Source: Psammoneis japonica
Taxonomy: Eukaryota
Direction of reading: 5' to 3'
Length of the DNA stretch: 64,000 nt
Assembly: GCA_008632985.1 (NCBI GenBank)
Contig: QPGO01000100.1
Coordinates: 114,388 to 178,387 of the forward strand
Shown: positions 61,727 through 64,000 of the stretch, piece by piece
How the letters are laid out: the number at the start of each line of letters is the position of its first letter
Position numbering within the stretch: the stretch's first letter is position 1
The notes under the pieces: generated by a model
Databases searched by the model: none
What the model was told of the DNA's origin: nothing
What the model saw: the letters and a program-made list of their open reading frames with translations, nothing else
Made by a program: the position numbers and the translations under genes

Positions 61727-63103
61727 TCAAACGACTCTAGCTTGGCGCAAATAAGCTTCTCCCGTCTCTGCTGCATCTCTTGCGGCACGAGCTGGTGACA
61801 CATGATCAATGCCGCTGTCTCGTTCACCTTGCTTAATGGGAACCGTCATGTGCATAAAGTCTTTAGCAGCAACAACATTACCATGACCCATACAATCTTG
61901 AGCTTCCTTTACAATCCTGTTCATGACTTGGACGCTTTCCTTGGAGTCGTCGCCTTTGTAGCGACTGGAAAAGTGTGTCAATATCAATGTTTTCGCTCCA
62001 CAGCAATTTGCAAAGGTCCCTGCCATGGCGGGAGTCGAATGGCCTCTGGATATAGCTGTAGATAGGACCTGTTGGTGTGACTCGCTGTCTTCAATAGCTG
62101 CGTTTGTCGCCTTGTGGACCAACACGTCGGCGTTGGCCGCCAAGGTTGCAATTTGCCGAGAATCACAGGTATCGCCCAGAAGAACAAGTTTTCGCCCCGG
62201 GGAGCTGCAAGTCATGTAATCCTTTGGCTCGAGTGTACGCAGTCGTTGGTTGGATTCCATGATTGTAACCGTCTCACCTCGCTGCAAGTTACCCAGTAGC
62301 TGGATTGGATTGTGTATCCCACGAGTGTTCAATTGATAGTCACGGTTTTCTTGTGTCATGAGTTCGTCCTTGATGGATGAAATCAGTGATGGATCCAGCT
62401 TTCCTTGGTGTGGATGTTCATGAAAGACGTATCCGACCGATTCAATGGTGTGCCTTAGTGGAGCTGCTGACATGGTCCAGGAGTTCGCAACAGGTCCTCC
62501 TCCAGGGTGAGACGGGATGCTCCAAGTTCCATCTAGTTTTGCGTTAATGTCCTCTCCTGGTATTTCGCATGAATGCGCAGGCACTTGCAAGACGCCAGAA
62601 AAATGGGAAAAGGTTGTCGTAGGAACATTGCAGTTTTGAGCATTCACAAGCTCGTCAATTCGAATTCGAAAGGAAAACCTCGTGGAACTCAAGCCCAGAG
62701 CAGCTCGAAGCATGTTTCGCAACCCCTTGGGACCAACAATGTGCACAATCTTTGTAACTTCCGGGTCATCATTATCGCACGGGGAGAGGTGGCTGTTGTT
62801 ATCAATGAGACACAAGAGCCCAGGAAGGCCAAAGCAGTGGTCTCCGTGTAAGTGTGTAATGAAAATGCGACTAATGCTGCCCGGAGACAATCGGATCCCT
62901 CCTTTTTGCTTTCCACTATTCACAATCTGATGTTGTGTACCTTCGCCACAATCGACTATGATCCATTCAGAACCGATACGAATAGCATTCCCCGAAACGT
63001 TCCGAGTAAGCGACGGTCGCATGGATGCCGTACCCAAAAAGAGAAGCATCACATCCAGTGGCTTGCAAGGCGGTCGATCGTCTTCTCCACCAGCGTGATC
63101 CAT
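61727..63103 (-). CDS. rnz: Ribonuclease Z, short form (tRNase Z / ELAC1-like)
   Basis: FLGTAS..P..RN, DCGEGTQ, THLHGDHCFGLPG, GDT, HST, THFSSRY. Confidence 0.92.
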   Translation of the reverse strand: MDHAGGEDDRPPCKPLDVMLLFLGTASMRPSLTRNVSGNAIRIGSEWIIVDCGEGTQHQIVNSGKQKGGIRLSPGSISRIFITHLHGDHCFGLPGLLCLIDNNSHLSPCDNDDPEVTKIVHIVGPKGLRNMLRAALGLSSTRFSFRIRIDELVNAQNCNVPTTTFSHFSGVLQVPAHSCEIPGEDINAKLDGTWSIPSHPGGGPVANSWTMSAAPLRHTIESVGYVFHEHPHQGKLDPSLISSIKDELMTQENRDYQLNTRGIHNPIQLLGNLQRGETVTIMESNQRLRTLEPKDYMTCSSPGRKLVLLGDTCDSRQIATLAANADVLVHKATNAAIEDSESHQQVLSTAISRGHSTPAMAGTFANCCGAKTLILTHFSSRYKGDDSKESVQVMNRIVKEAQDCMGHGNVVAAKDFMHMTVPIKQGERDSGIDHVSPARAARDAAETGEAYLRQARVV

Positions 63104-63607
63104 TTTTTCTTTCAAACTTGTCTCTTACACTTTTATTGTTGCTTTAAAGTTTGCGCACACTAAAATGCAATTGAATCGACTGAAGGCTCGCGAGATAATG
63201 CTTGGAGTGCCAACAGAACTGCACTGGAACGACGATGTAGGCATGGATGCTTGTAAGAATGAATCTCGTCATGGCCTCTGGCCTTCGGGGTCGGCGGCAG
63301 TTTTGGGACCAATTCAGTGGTACCGGTACAAAAGTAACGTGAAAATTACGTAGAAAAGTGGCGCGAATCACGCAGTCAGTCGGTCGTCGGTTTCCTGCCA
63401 GCCAGGAGCATAGCAGATCTGGATCCAAGACCGGCGGATGGAGTAGAACTATGAATAGAGGTAACCTTACGGCAAGTCGAGCATTTCCTTCAACGATATA
63501 AATGGTAAACGCACTCTGGTTTCATACTGGTAGTGTAACAATCGAGAGCGATAAGGGATTGTGAAGCTTCTGTCGTTTAGTGCAGCAGCTACATCGTAAT
63601 ACTAGAG

Positions 63608-64000
63608 TTATACTGCCATGATTTTATCTTGTTTCGCCTCCACAAGTTGGTTCAACTCTGCAATGACTTGATCGGTAACGGCATTGATCTGCTTGTCAAC
63701 GCGAAAGGCGTCGTCCTTGGAAATGCCCTCCAACAAGCCCTTTTCACCCTTTTTCTTGACAATGCTGAGCGCCCCACGTCGAATGCCACGAATGCGTGTT
63801 CTGGCCACTTCGGCTTGTTTTGACAGTTGCTTGACTGTCTTTTGTCGATTTTCCATGGATGGTCGGGGTATAGGGACACGGAGCGTGCCGTCCTCTTCTA
63901 TTTGTGGATTAAGCTCGAGCATGAGCATGATTGCGTTCTTAACGGGAGTAGCATTGTCCGGGTCAAAGCAAGTGATTGTGGCAAGGGTTGGACTGGTAAT
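63608..64000 (-). CDS. frr: Organellar ribosome recycling factor, 3' part (start beyond window)
   Basis: LNPQ..DG.LRVPIPRPSMENR..K..AE.AR..IR.IRR..ISKDDAFR..AKQDKIM. Confidence 0.88.
   Translation of the reverse strand: MTSPTLATITCFDPDNATPVKNAIMLMLELNPQIEEDGTLRVPIPRPSMENRQKTVKQLSKQAEVARTRIRGIRRGALSIVKKKGEKGLLEGISKDDAFRVDKQINAVTDQVIAELNQLVEAKQDKIMAV

Overview
Eukaryotic nuclear DNA, most likely from a diatom. This is inferred from short GT-AG introns, bipartite plastid-type presequences, and PPR, HA-domain, TBL and GPCR families. Compact gene islands hold a RING E3, a complex I subunit, a COA3-like gene, an amino-acid transporter, a class-3 lipase, a GPCR, an SNF1/AMPK kinase, a PPR gene, a TBL O-acetyltransferase, three SGNH hydrolase copies, RNase Z and RRF. 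They alternate with sharply bounded blocks (about 20.2-35.0, 40.9-45.3, 46.8-48.5, 51.3-54.3, 55.9-58.9 and 60.6-61.2 kb) almost devoid of TpA and, in older parts, of CpG, with a large excess of TG/CA. A recent 4.6-kb tandem duplication lets the change be polarised: TpA is converted to TpG or CpA (A:T>G:C in a TA context), faster than CpG decay, apparently spreading from repeats into nearby genes. This looks like a RIP-like repeat-targeted mutator with the opposite chemistry to fungal RIP and is the main candidate novel system. A second signal is TA-punctuated intergenic tracts that parse as stacked excision footprints of TA-targeting transposons; two single footprints are visible between the duplicated copies. 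Also present: a MULE transposase pseudogene, a 2.1-kb long-inverted-repeat element, Gypsy/Copia relics and an engulfed SABATH methyltransferase pseudogene. All counts are by eye. Several 1-bp frameshifts may be assembly errors.
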